From Vicugna vicugna (Eukaryota): DNA of 64,000 nt. Where the stretch lies: the NCBI GenBank assembly GCA_013265495.1, contig MU058423.1, positions 4,386,793 through 4,450,792 of the forward strand. The letters run 5' to 3'. This document shows positions 10,426 to 23,921 of the stretch, in pieces (position 1 is the stretch's first letter; every line of letters starts with the position of its first letter). Under the pieces are notes generated by a model. That model had not been told where the DNA came from, searched no databases, and saw only the letters and a program-made list of their open reading frames with translations. Position numbers and translations under genes: made by a program.

Positions 10426-13400
10426 GTAATCTCTTTGGTTCATTCAGGATTTTGAAACCACAATAAAACTTCTATAATGGAAATAGCTCACCAGTGACAT
10501 TTTTATGAAGTGTGGCATTACAAGCCCATTATGACATTAACAAAAACAAAAGATTGATGTCCTCCAAATGGCATAATCATCCAAAACTAACACAGCTAAG
10601 CATAAGCTGCCCCCAATTTTTAATAGTAATGTTTGTTACTTTGAAAGGTCACCTTTTGCCCCTAATTAAATAAGTGAAAAGGAATTTTCTTATTTGAAAA
10701 ACAAAAATGAATGCTTGAAGTAGAAAAATATCTTTAAACAATCACTCTTGCAAGAAAAACACAATCTGAAGTTGACCTAACTGGTCACTGGCCAAAAATC
10801 AAATCTTGGACAGGATTCCAGTTTCAGTCTGATGCAAATGAGGGCTATTTCAAAAATGGTGCTCCTTGAGAGGATGCCAAAAAACCTTAAATACTGCAGT
10901 GTGCCAGCCTCAGCCATAAAGAATGGAAGTAGCCGCTTTGCATCACAGCATTAAATCACAGGAACCAGACAAGAACAAACAGCAGTTGTGTGAGGCGGTG
11001 CCTGTGAACGAGGATAATAAATGTTGGTGATGACCTCTTCCACGAGTGAATTAAAGCCTCTAGGAGACACGCAAAAGCAGAGCAAAAGAATCAATTCAAT
11101 TTTCTGTTACCTGTGTTGATGAAACAATGTACAGTCTGTGCAAAACCTCTGCTCCAGACAAACCATCCCAGCCTGCCAGATGCCACATTTCTAGTTACAG
11201 TGTCACCTAAACGCCATCAGAATTCTATTCCATTTCTGGGTGTTGTGACTGATCCATGACACTAGATTCGCTGCAGCCTTCAGTGGAATGCCATCATTTA
11301 TTCAGGGGGCAAGTGAGCTGCAGCAAATCAGCAGGCAGAAGAAAGAGCCTGACTCCTCTGCTCCCTTCTCTCCCGAAGAGGATAACGAAGACTGCCATCC
11401 ACGGGACGTCCGGCTTCTCCTCTGTCAATGCACCAGCAGTTCCAATGGAATGTGCGATGCAGATCAGACTCTCTGGTGCAGCTCATGCCTCAGAATCCCA
11501 GAGAATCACAAGAGGACATAAACAAAGCCCTACCACACCTGTGCCAAGGAACTGGCGAGTGTTTGGAAGTTTACTATGACTGTGGGGGACTGAGATTATA
11601 GGCCAAGGAAAGAGGCTATTTTATTATTTTTCCTGTACCTAACACGGGAACTTTAGCGACCAACACAGAGCTCCATCTACTTAGTAGAACTTTTTTGATA
11701 ATGATGGGGCTAAAGCTTACATAAAAGTATAATCTTAATTGATCAGTCCTTCTGAAGAGAAAATAAAAAGCAAAATTTCATCACTTGGATCTGACCGTCA
11801 AGAAGGGAAGAACATACTACCAGCAGTATCTTCTAACTTGCGGCATGCTTCTGTTGCTAGGAAATTTCTCTAAAATGAGATCTGTGGAGACAACGTACTG
11901 TGCCTAAACTTTTTTCCCACCCCCTCCTCCTTCCCATTCCTAATGTTAGATATAGATCATAAATAAATGTCTCATTTTGCATTTCAATAAAATATATTTA
12001 TGTATTCAGATCTTTCATCAAATGTTAAAGCTTCAAATATCTTAAACGCAAAGGGGGAAAAGCACGTTGGTTTAGGGCTTTGGGACTGTTTAGGGTGTGT
12101 GTGTGTTTTAAGAGAAATTGCAAACGGTACAAGACAAAATCTAGGATGGTAATGAAGCTTAATTCCCCTAATAATTATTATTAATATAAAAATTTGCGGG
12201 AATATGGAGAGTTCTCCAGTATTTCTTCACCTAAAGGAGACAAGGAGAATGAGATGCAAATCAGTGCTCTTATCTAATGAATAATGCAAATGAATGTTCT
12301 GCATATAGCAAGTCAGTCTGCAGGAATTCTCTCTGCCTCACCTCATATTTCTTGTGGATTTAAGCATCGGGTGTCACAAGAAATTAGAGAAAGGAATTGC
12401 CAAGTAATGACAGAGCCTTGGCGCCCCAAGTCAGTGTAGACGGCAAGGACATTAAGATGCATGGTATAGTAAAGGAGGGAGCTGACATCTCATTAAGATG
12501 AAAATGTTGCTATTTTTCCTTCACCTAGTTAATGGAGTTGTATGACACTGTAATCTGTGATTATTTGTGTGGCTATTACTTACAGGAATCCTCAACAACA
12601 CTTCTTTGGAAGGGTTCCAAAAAACTTTAAAAAGCCATCTTCCTCCCAACTCCCAGGGAAGAAAAAAATTTATTTTGCTTTCTCTTTCAGACAAGTTAAC
12701 CAACACTTAAGATTTTTTCAGTAGCATGGCAGAATCCACTTAAAACTGCGCACTTATGCAACTTTCTAGCTACCTGAAAGGCACTCAATTCCCCAAACAA
12801 TCATTGAAAACAAACCCTCATTTACTCACAACATAATCAATTGATGTTAACCATGGGTGTGCTCACAGTTACTTTTCAGTCATGGGTTATTCCACTGAAA
12901 TTTTTTTTGATTTAGAATTCACTGCCATGCCTTTACTTCTCTAAGAAAGCAGTACTGAATACAGAATTCTTTTCGTTGCATAACATAACTGTACATGCCT
13001 CATGTTTCTTGTTGAATCCCTTTCTCTGCCAATCCCAGATTTTAATCAGTCTTAAAAAGAGTGCTCAACTAATCTTGTGCAAGTGTGATACGCTATTTTT
13101 TCATCCAAATATTGAGGAGAGCTTTAGGTATAAGCAGCCATCTGCCAGAGGGGCACCTGCAGCACAGTCCTTCAGCTGTTTGTTTCTAGCCATCCTTAGG
13201 GTGACCTCAAAATACAGAAGCGGGTCAAATCAAGCAACAATGCTTAAACCTTTTGATGAAAATTGTTCGAAATATGTTGTAAATTCCACGCCATAAAAAT
13301 AGGCAATACTGACCACACAATAATACCCTAATAAACACAAAGCCCACATAGATCCATTATTATGCTAGGCAGTGCTTGAGTCATTTATGTATTTTCGTGT

Positions 13401-14319
13401 TCTGGTTTTTCCTCTAAGTTTGAGTTTTGGAGAAAATACCCAGATAAAAAAGCTTTCTATGAATTGTTATGTTAAATACACATAAGACTCTGAATTTTAA
13501 AATAATGTTAAAAAATAAAGACAATGACTTCAGATAAGAGATTCTGTGATACGTATTTGAAAACTCAGAGAATATTTTTGTTTCCTTCTTAGGACAATGT
13601 TCTATAGCACTGGTTTTCACACCATGAAATGATTAGTGAGTAATAAAACAAGTTGAGTAGGTCTTGATAAGAATTTAAAAACCTGAAACAAAAAAGAAAA
13701 TATAAAATTGCTTTGTGTATAGTAAGCATTTCAGTTAAATGCATATTTATGTTTATGCGTGTTCACTGCTTTTTGATGTCAAATGCATTACCGTTAATTT
13801 TAGATTTAAAAAAATTGAAAGCTTGTGCTCTAGGGCCCTTCATCAAATTGTGTAACATTCACATTGACACTGGGAAGGAGCACAGAGAAGCCAGACCAGC
13901 TTAATTATATGCCTACTAAGTTAAAGGGTTGACTGAGTCTTCACTACCAGTATAAAATACAAGCTTTGTGAAACTCACAACCTTATGGAAACACAAATAC
14001 ATTTTCATTTCTTAATGGGCTCTTCAAAGAGAAGCATACATTTTAATATGATTCCTATATTGTTGCTAAGGGTGGATATCAATGCATATTTATGTCTTTA
14101 GGCAGGAAAATGTAAAGCACTCTCTGGAGCGTAGGTGGAAAGAATTACAAAGAACCTTGAGTTAACTGGGCAAAGAGAAGGCTCCTGTGTGGATACTGGA
14201 GTCTCCAAGTACAGCCTTTGCATTCTTGCATATGCAACAGTCAGTACCTGACATGCTCCTTACTAACGCCAAACTGAACTTACTTTCTCACAGTGCTTCT
14301 AGTTAGAAACCCTTGAAAA

Positions 14320-16500
14320 GAGAACCAAGATAGATAAGCAGAAAAGTACAGCCTGAGAGAAATGGAGATAATTCAGAAAACAGAACATAACCTAATTCAT
14401 CTACTCAGGAATTCAAGAATGTTTTATATTCATAAAGCAAGAACAAAATATTTTGAGTAAAACAAACAAACAAAATCACAATTGAAACAATAATTTGGTA
14501 TTGCCAATTTAAAAAATTAATTGAAAAATAAATGTATGGAAAATATCATAAAAAGACAAAATAATGGAATACATGCTTTAAAAAAAAGATTAAAGATGAA
14601 TATAAAAGCAATTCATGTGGTTTAATTTCTAGAAGAATGAGTGAAGAACAGGAAGGAGAAGTTACTAAAGAGATAACTGGGGACCTGTCCTCACAGGAAG
14701 AGTATGAGTCTTTTGGAAGGATCCATTCAGTGCCCGAAACAAGAGCTGAACAGAAGAACCATCTGGACAGATCATTAAAAATTTTCAGAACACCAAAACT
14801 AAAAAGAAAGTCCTAAAATCTTCCCAGAGTGTGGTGCCGTGTACTACTGCTCCTGCGTATTCGCTGCCCCTCTCTATAGGGCCCATCTCTATATGGCCCC
14901 TCCCTCAGGGCCCCTCCCTCAGAGCCCCTCCCTGCGGGGAGTGTGGGGCTGGAGAAGGAGGCTTGCAGGGAATGTTTCCTGCTCTGTTGGTGTCAGGCTT
15001 GGACACCAAGTGACTGGCGTGGAAAGTGAGGGGAAATAACATAAGCAGAAGCTTTAAGTGTCAACATTTGCTTCTACCACAACTCCTTTCTCTTGTCAAG
15101 AAGTGAGCTTTAGCAGATAGGGGCTACTCCTTTAGTCTAGATTCTGGACTTAAGAGGACATCTGAGGCCAAGCTAGAGCCAACCCACAGCTACCCTGTGG
15201 CAATCCACTGAGATCTGGGGATTGTATGTGACCATAGCGTAACTTAGCGACACCAAATACAAGACAGCAAAAAAAGTCTTCTTAAAAAGCATGGTTTTTT
15301 TTTTTTTTCAGCAGCACTGAGTCTAACCATGCCTTTAGAATTGAGAACAAAAAATATTTTAAACTTAGAATTCTGTGCCCAACCTATCAACCAAGGTGAG
15401 GGAAATTTTTCATTACACAAGAGCCCATACAAAGTTTACTTCCAATACACTTTTTCTTTCTAAGTTACTTGAGCTTATACCCTAGCAAAATGAAAATAAA
15501 ATAAAAATTAGAAAGACATGGAATGCAAAAAACTACGGGTCCCACCTAGAAAAAACAATGAATGGAAACTCCAAGCATCCGGTTGAACATGTGGAGAAAG
15601 AGACAGACATGATAAATGTAAGAATAAGATGAAGGAAAATAGGCAAACGTTGCAGGAAACAAGGCAAATAAGAACTCACAAGAAAGATGCAGGCTATTTA
15701 TGAATTAATGTACATTAGAGCACAATTTTTCACAGTTGATAAGAGCTGAAGACAGAGTTTATCTGATATTGACACTGATCATTCTCCTCCAAATGGTGCA
15801 AGGATCATGACACTAGACCTATAGAAAAGAAAATAAAATTATAGCCCTCTACCTGACCTGACACTGAAAATATCTGCATAGTCATAAAAATGTAAATTTG
15901 GCTTATTGGCTTTCAACTTAAAGAGCCAACCTAAGAATGAAGCACAGGAGCTTGGTTGTAATTGCAAGACAGAATGAAACAGTCTACACTGTAAATGGTA
16001 ATGTACATAAAAGTAGAGCCGACAGGAAGTGGGATATGCAAGAGGGGGAGGAAAGGCAAAAGCAGTGAAGGTCTTATCTTACAAAGTGGAAGGGTTGAGA
16101 GATATTATCAGCTGGGTCTCTAGTCCCATCCAGCTTCAGATGGTACAACATTGTGGTTCTGAAAGCTGACTGGCCAATAATGTTTTATTTTTAAAGGATA
16201 CCATATATAACTATAAATAATCACCTAAATGTTAAAAATTGGGAAGAAGGGAGGGAAAACAAAAAATTACATAACCAAGCTATAACCCCATCTCTAAAAC
16301 AGAGAGCCAGCAGACACTGCCTAAAATTGATAAGTCAAATAAACAGAAGGTAACTCTATCAAGAGCTAGGGAGAAAACTGCTAAAGGTAAATAAGAGACT
16401 GTTTTTAAAGTTGCTTCTTGGACATGAGAGAAGAAAGGAGTCGAGCAGGAGACTTGCTTTCCACGGCTCTTCTTTGCTCTTTAGTTTGTTACCAGGTTCA
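14320..16500 (+). mobile_element. HAL1/old L1 ORF1-like relic (with a GC-rich insert at ~14830-15240)
   Basis: A-rich degenerate ORF1-like text: 'catctggacagatcattaaaattttcagaacaccaaaactaaaaagaaagtcctaaaatcttcccagag' and 'aaacttagaattctgtgcccaacctatcaaccaag'. Confidence 0.55.
14866..14937. repeat. Five-unit GC-rich minisatellite (14-15 bp units)
   Basis: gcccctctctatagg / gcccatctctatatg / gcccctccctcagg / gcccctccctcaga / gcccctccctgcgg. Confidence 0.85.
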
Positions 16501-16682
16501 TTAGCACTGTGTTAAAAAAAAAAAAACTTAAAAAAGACAGGGGTGAGGGTGATAAAGACCTGAATACTGGAGGTTGGGGGCACAGGAGTGACATAATGAA
16601 CGCAAGGCTTAGAACCATGAAAACAGCAGCTACCATGAACAGGGCCGAGACTGAGGAAGAAAGCTTAGAAACTGCCTTAGAC

Positions 16683-16901
16683 AAGGGGCTCTAAACTGGG
16701 GGCAGTTTTGCCCCCAGGGACATTTGGCAATGTCTGGAGGTACTTCTGTTTGTCACAACTGGAGGTGTGTGCTACTGGCACCTAGTAAGTAGAAGCCAAG
16801 GACGCTTGCTGCTCAACATCCTAACGATGCACAAAACAGCCATCTATACCATAAGGAACCTTCCAGCCCAAACGTCACTTGTGCCAAGGGTGAGAAACCT
16901 G
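16683..16901 (+). mobile_element. MER20 (hAT-Charlie) DNA transposon
   Basis: 'ctgggggcagttttgcccccagggacatttggcaatgtctggagg...ccagcccaaacgtcacttgtgccaagggtgagaaacctg'. 8-bp TSD-like ccttagac / ctttggac. Confidence 0.9.
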
Positions 16902-17257
16902 CTTTGGACTGTGTACGTTTGTTCAAATGAGGGGTAAAAAGGCACCAAACAAGGCAAACGGCAACAAGAACTGAGTGAAAGAACCACTTAGGAGGACTCG
17001 GCAGCACTTGGGGTAGCCTGGAGGTGGTGAGTGAAAATCAGAAACCTTTGCAGATATAGACTGTGAAAAATTATTCTGTTTATCCATTTCAGTGAGTACC
17101 CAAATGTAGTACAGCATTGTATTTAACCTGCAAATTTTGAATATACTCCAATTCAGATAAGGTCCTTAATTATTAAAAGGGCACATGGAGGTCATTCCTG
17201 TCAGCTAATGCACACAACGGTGATGTTAAGATCTGTCCTTTGCTAAACAAATGAGGA

Positions 17258-17742
17258 CAGATCTTCCTCAATTTACAATGAGGTTATGTCCTGATAAACC
17301 TACCGTAAGTTGAAAATATTGTAAGTTGAAAATGCATTTAATATACCTACCAAACATCAAAGCTTAGCCTAACCTACCGTAAATATGCTCAGGGTACTTA
17401 CATTAGTCTACAAATTGGGCAAATCATCCAACACAAAGCCTATTTTATACTAAAGTGTTGAATGTCTCATGTAATTTGTTGAATCCTGTACTGAAAGTGA
17501 AAAACATAATGGTCGTATGGGTATAGAACAGTGGTAAGTATATTGGCTGTTCACCCTTGTGATGGTGGGGCAGTTCGCTGCCCCGGCCCGGCGTCACGAG
17601 GGAGTGTCCCACCTCATATCACTAGCTGGGAAAAGATAAAAATTCAAAATTTGAAGTACTGTTTGTACTGAATGTGTATCGCTTTTACAGCACTGTGAAG
17701 TCAGATAATCGTGAGGTTGAACCACCCTAAGTATAGGCAATC
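17258..17742 (+). mobile_element. Tigger5/MER47-type TcMar DNA transposon
   Basis: 'cagatcttcctcaatttacaatgaggttatgtcctgataaacctaccgtaagttgaaaatattgtaagttgaaaatgcatttaatatacc...aaagcttagcctaacctacc'. Confidence 0.85.
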
Positions 17743-19204
17743 CTTCATTGAGGATCCATTCATAAGGGTTAATTCAGTGAAACAATTCTTTCTCCAAAGC
17801 ATCTTGGATTCAGATACTTAGGGTAAAAGAATGTTCTCCATGTCTATAGAAATGCCTATTTTTACTTTAATTGCAGAAACAAATAATGTATACATCATAT
17901 TTTCCCCCAATGCTTTCTTTATCAAAAGAGTTGCTGATAGCAATTATATGAGGGAAAAAAAGGGCACGTGTAGGGAATGGACAACCACTTAACTTTCATT
18001 AAAGCAAGCTCCCCTACAATTGCGCTCCTCTATAAACTATTATGGTTTCTTTGCAACAAGACTTTACTTTATAATCAAAAGCTGCAATTTTCCTACCCAA
18101 CAGAAAGTTCCTTGAGGGTAGGAACCTTGTCTTACTCAACTTCCTTTCCCTTTAAGTGCCCAGCCTTGAAAATAGTGGGCCATCAATAAGCAGCTATCGA
18201 TTTGTCCTGGATTGCTGGATTTAATTTCAAACTGCCCCCAGCAAGAATCTGTCCTTGTCAACACTAAAATTACTTATGATCCCAGGTACAGACATAACCA
18301 ACTGACAGATTTATGAATCTTTACAAAACTGGCCTTTTACTTGTGGTTCTCACCATGCATGTGGTAAATGAGTTTAGAATTTGCATCCCAATTTGAAATA
18401 TGGTGCCCTAAAAAATTTCTATGATTGATCTCATTCAAGGAAGTTTACTGATTGTCCCTTAACACCCCACTATTATTAGAGAGTAGCATTTTATTTCAGA
18501 TTATGTAACAGCTTTTCCTAGAAGACATCTGTCTTGTAACCTGCCTAACTTTCTTGGGGGGGGGGAAGAAAGTAAAGAAAAAACAATATCTCAGTGACAT
18601 TAATTATACCAGTATGTTTTCCAGCGCTTTGGAAGAAGGACTATGAGCACTGATTGCCACTGAAATGAGACCTGAAGGATATACCGCAGTCCTGGAAACC
18701 CCACTTAATGTTCTTACGGCTCTAAGAAACCTAGCGATATCCTGATGGCTACCCAGAGTAACAATCAATTTCTCCTATTAAGTTGCCCAAGGCAGTAGCC
18801 TGCTGTGTGCTGGTGCCAGGATCCCTTTGCAGGTTGTTGAATTCTAAAATGCCTCCTGTTTTCTGACACAGAACTTGAGCAGAATATAACACACCAGTAG
18901 GTAAAGGTCCTTCAAATCCCAGGAGAGACTTGCAAAGAAACCTCACATTCTGATTGCACTATTGTTGCACTTCATTCAGCCCAATAAATTGCTTTTTCTT
19001 GAATTTGGAGTTCTTAGGAAGCATCCTAGAGAACCAGCGTGCTGAGATCTGCTAGGCAAGCACAGCTTAGTTGTGAAAATCATAAAGGACTAGCTGAATT
19101 TGAAGCTAGTATTATAATTGCTCTTGAATACTTCTCTTGGGTTCATTAACCATACATTGTTCAACTAGATAAATATTTAAATTGCAAAATCTTGGTAAGT
19201 TAGA

Positions 19205-19760
19205 ATTTCAAAGTTCATTCATTTTTTCACTCATTCATTCAATTAACCACTATTTATTAAGTATCTGTTATGTATAAGAGATTGTACTAAATTCTGGGAA
19301 TAGGGTTGAATTATCCTCACCCTTGAAGAATTTATAGGTTAATATTTAGTTATCATTTCTGAACTTGCATCAAAATTACCCAGGCAATTTAAAAAAAAAA
19401 TCTGTGAACTTCATCCTCAAAGGTAGATCCCAAACTCTGGCATTTCTTAAAAACACCCCAGGAGGTTCTAATGTAGAGCAGAGAATGAGATCTTCGCTCT
19501 ATTAGGTGAACTGCACAAACAGGAGACCATCGTACGGTGGAACAAATGCCATCACAGGCAGAGACAGGGTGTTATGAGGGCACTTTAGAAGGTCATAAAA
19601 ATCAGACTTGGAGGGAGCGTGGGGATGGTTAGGGAAATCTTTATTAATAAAAATAGACTTAGAGCTTCTACAGGAGAAATAAGAGCCTTCTAAAAGTGGT
19701 CAGAGAAGAAGGAGAGGGACAAGAAAGCAAAGAATTAAGAAGAATAAGCAAGAAAACATG
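19205..19760 (-). mobile_element. L2 3' fragment with a probable MER5-type insert (~19350-19500)
   Basis: 'cattcattcaattaaccactatttattaagtatctgttatg' (L2 tail). 'catttcttaaaaacaccccaggaggttctaatgtagagc' (MER5-like). Confidence 0.55.
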
Positions 19761-21589
19761 CATATTTTAGCACAATCAACTACTAGGCAAATATCCAGCC
19801 AAAAATGCTAGATTCCATAGTGGAAGTTCAGCTCAAACACCAGCAGAGTGTCCTGGACAAATTACAGAAATTACTTGATCCTTTTTTTTCAATCATCTAT
19901 AAATTCGGGATAATGACAAGTAGGGGTATTGTGAAGAACAGAGACAAAATCTGGCAGAAATACTCAATAAATGCCATCAGTAAGTAAATGTAGATAATTC
20001 AAATCAAATTCATCTAGATATTACTCAAATACTGTTTTGGTAATTAGACTAAAATTATAGTTTCTGGTTGTTTAGAAGACTGAAATCTCAGTATTAAATA
20101 AAAACAATCCTGACACAGCTTTCTGCAGTGGGATATAGGACAGACTACTTTTTATGCCACAGTAATCCTGAACAGGACTCAATTCTCCTCTTTCAATGGT
20201 AGTAATGACTAATATAATGCCCTGATTAGTCAAGATCAGAAAATTCTGAAGGAATTAGAATGGGATTTAAATTATCTATAGAAATGGAACTCTAAAACTC
20301 AAACCTTTCTTCCAGGATTAACTAAGAATAAGCACTCAGTGTGGCACTGAAGTCTTTTTTTTTTCACGAAATCTTTTGATGTTTAAGATTTGCTTCTCTC
20401 TCTTAGAACGGTGGACAAGAATAAAGGGCTACAACTTTTTTTCTCATCATATTTCACTGCTCTCAATAAGAACTTCTTAAATATCTCTCACTGCTTTCAA
20501 CAGATGAGTATGGTCTTCCTTAAGATCCAGAGGGCTGTAAAACCTTCACTTTCCAAGGTGTCAGGTGCGTTGGGACATTATTGAAGGGTGCTGGGTTTGG
20601 CATATAATTTTTTGGGCAAAGCTAAGTGTTGTGGATCATACTGCATTGTCAGAGAAACTTTGGTTCAATTCTTTAATTCTTCCCTGCACTAAGCAAAAAA
20701 TGTACCAGGTTATTCAATGTATCTATTACTGAAAAAGAGAAACACCAATCCCTTTCAACTAGGGCTTTGAAATTGGTTATTTCTAAAGAATCATAAGTCT
20801 TTCTGTACTCTAAACTAGACTGTATCCAACCCTAGAAATAAAAACAAGAGTATAAAGGGAAAAAGGAATAAAGCACAAAATGAAAAGACTTCCAGAATAG
20901 AGACTTGTGAAGAGGTTTTAAGACACACTGACCAAAAAAAAATGCATCCTGGTTGGGTTTCACTCAATAAATCTTTGAAGCGCTGCTACTTGATTCTTTG
21001 ACAAATATCACATAATGGCTTGGAAGTAAAGTATAATTTCAGTTCCTACTACAGAGCCATTATGATGTTCTCGGGGACCAGTTAATTTATTATGGAGCTC
21101 TCCTGTACCAATCTCACACCAATCTGGAAACAGAAAAGTCCTCTGTTCTCAATGAAGTGATTTCTCTAAAAAAGGCAGCAGTTCTCAAGAGGCAAGTTCA
21201 CAGAACAGAGATTGCAGAAGGACACTACCAAATTCTCTACTTCAGAGTTTGCCCAGAAAAAATTATTTTCATACACCATAAACGTTCAACCAAGCACCTA
21301 TTGCTTTTAAAAACACTAATTTTTTGCATTTTTCAAGTATAAATGAGTGAATTTACATTTATGAGAGTGAGAGGACATGGGACAAGCAGTCTAAGTTAAA
21401 GAACAACAATTAGACTGATTCCATAAAAATTCCATTTCCTTTCAAGACAACTTTTAAAAACACAGCCAATGTTGTCACGTTTCAAGAGCACCTTAACCAA
21501 AGACGTCTCACTTTTCTTTCCTGGTGACAGTATGGTTAAAACAATTTTAAGTCTTGAATTCTGGCATTCTGACTTCATAACATTATGGC

Positions 21590-22080
21590 ACACAGGCTAA
21601 GTATGAGGAATCAAAAACCACACTGTCAAGGTTTCTGCTAGTTGTGTGACTTTGGGTAATTACATAACTTTTCTGTGCCCCACCCTCCTCATTTGAAAAA
21701 TGGGGCAATAGCAGTACCTAATTATTAGAGCTGTTGTGAGTTAACAGATTGAAAAGCTCTTACAACAGTGCTTGACACATAGTAGGTACTCAGTAGAAGA
21801 TGGTTATTAATGTATAGTAACTACATGGTCTCCAAATTTTCCCTTGGCAGAGGACAGGTTTTGGAATTAGGGATGGATCCCACCTCAGTCCTTCACTAGC
21901 CTTGTCCCGGTAGGCAAAGCTATTTGTCCTCTCAGTCTCAGAGTTCTCACGTGTAAAGCAAGGACAGTAATACCTACCTTACACAATTGTTTGAGGATTA
22001 AGCAAGCAACGGGCAAGATGCTTGCCTCATAGTCAGAGTTATCTGAGTTGCACACAGCAACTGAAGGGAATAAACAGCAT
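21590..22080 (+). mobile_element. Two adjacent MIR SINEs
   Basis: 'ctagttgtgtgactttgggtaattacataacttttctgtgcc...ctcatttgaaaaatggggcaatagcagtacc' and 'ctctcagtctcagagttctcacgtgtaaagcaaggacagtaatacctacc'. Confidence 0.75.
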
Positions 22081-23727
22081 GTATCTTAGTCTGTAGGTTG
22101 TTAAAGAAAGAGAAACAAGAAACTGTATTTCGTTCTAAAGCCCAAAGACTCCTCGGTCTCTCACCCATCCGCCTCCTTTCCCCACCCCCACACACACAAA
22201 AAATCCAGGCTATTGATAAAAGAATTTCTATGTGCCAAAGCAAATATGAGACTGGAAAATCAGTGGTGACTACAGTCTGCGTTTCAGGGACCTCATTGAC
22301 TAGGAGAAGGTTAATAACTGTTTCCTCAGAAGCAGGAAACGCTATGTGTCCTCAGAGGATGGATAAGCAGTTATGTGTACGAGACGGGGTGGGGGGGGAA
22401 TGGAGTTCAGAATGGTCAATGCAGCGGGTGTGAGTGACTAATGCTAGGACAAGAGCAGTCACACAGCCCCACAGAGGCGTGGCGCAGGCCAGCCAGGAGG
22501 CCTCTGAGCCCCTGCTGGGACACACAGAGGCCACCAATGCTAGCTACCGACACCAAGGATAACCTAGTGTCTTTGAGGCTGCCAGACCCCTTGAGGGAGG
22601 AAAAAGTCTTAATCCCAAGTCTTAAGCCTCCCTCAGTGCCTTCTGCCAAAGGCTCTGAAAAGAGGGTGAAAGGCCAGGGGGAGGAGAAAAAGGTGTTTGT
22701 TGAAAGATGGAAGGAACGTAAGTACAAAACTCAGGACTGGAACAGAATGGATAGAGAAAATTAGGAAGTGTCATAGTTAAACACACACACCGTAAGAAAG
22801 AAACACTTAAAATTTTACTGAGCATTTTTAAACATCAATAATTCAGCCATCAATATTTTTAAATATGAAAGAGGATATAGAGTATGGTATTGATTTGAAA
22901 TACAGAAAATGTCATGTTGAAAAACATACCTGGTTTTGAACTGACAAAATAAGACCAGTCAATCTGATTTCAACACAAACTAAGGGCTAGATTTCAACAC
23001 AATTAAATTTTGTCTTATTAAATTATGGGTTGGGACACCAAATATTTGTATGGTGCTACAAGTAATAATGGCCCCATATCCTATTCTTATTGAAGAATTC
23101 CAAGAAAAGAAAAGGGAATTTGAGCCCAAATACATGCTTCAATGTGAAAAATAATTGCCTAAATTTGATTTTGGGGTCAGTAGTGGTAATTTGATCAATT
23201 ATAATGTGTTTTCTAAACCTGACCTATAATAGCTGCTTTTAAAATAAAACATAAATGATAACAAATGGTACATCCAATTAATTCATTTCCAACTGATTTT
23301 GATGATCTGCATCAATAATCACGTTCAGCTATATCCAGTTATTAACCTTAATGATACCATACCTGCCGTTTAAATAATTGCTTTTTACCAGTATCATCAG
23401 TAACAATAATTTTTGCTGATAATTAGTTGATTTGTTATTCATTAAGACTGCTCATTATAATTATCCTATTAAATCATCATCCACAAGATCCACAAGATGA
23501 TCATAAAGATAAATAAAATATTGCCTGGGTACCATAATCTGTCACTCATTAGAGTTTTGAAGCATAACACAGACATGGCCCAAGGGAAAAAAATTTATTT
23601 ATCTTCCTCAGGCTCTAATACCCTTGCCATTTCACTTCCTTTAGGTCTTAAAAGTATATATTTATGGAAGAAACTTAAATAGCTAAACACTTTGAAAATG
23701 GTTTTCTTAGTATTCCTAAAAAGTAGA

Positions 23728-23921
23728 TGTGATGTTTTGTCAACCCACTAGGCAACGGCCACCAATTATTCAATCACTAATCTAGGAGCTGCTGTGAAGG
23801 TTTTGTATAGATGACAGTAAAGTCCCTAGTCAGTTGACTTTTAGCAAGGGAGATTCAATGCATTTCTTAGTATATTATCTCCTACTGGTTCTGCTTCTCT
23901 CATGGGTCTCTAGCTGATACA
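23728..23921 (+). mobile_element. MLT2-type (ERVL) LTR, internally deleted
   Basis: TG...CA ends. Start 'tgtgatgttttgtcaacc...aatctaggagctgctgtgaaggttttgtatagatg' and end 'tcctactggttctgcttctctc...ctgataca'. TSD-like gtaga / gcagg. Confidence 0.7.

Noticed and set aside
11256..11579. Overlapping 107-aa and Cys-rich 77-aa ORFs
   Set aside because: They are antisense to NTNG1, with no known domain, no laminin-EGF cysteine spacing and no clear exon signals.
14866..14937. CRISPR-like array
   Set aside because: Contiguous tandem units without spacers in a mammalian genome, and no cas genes.
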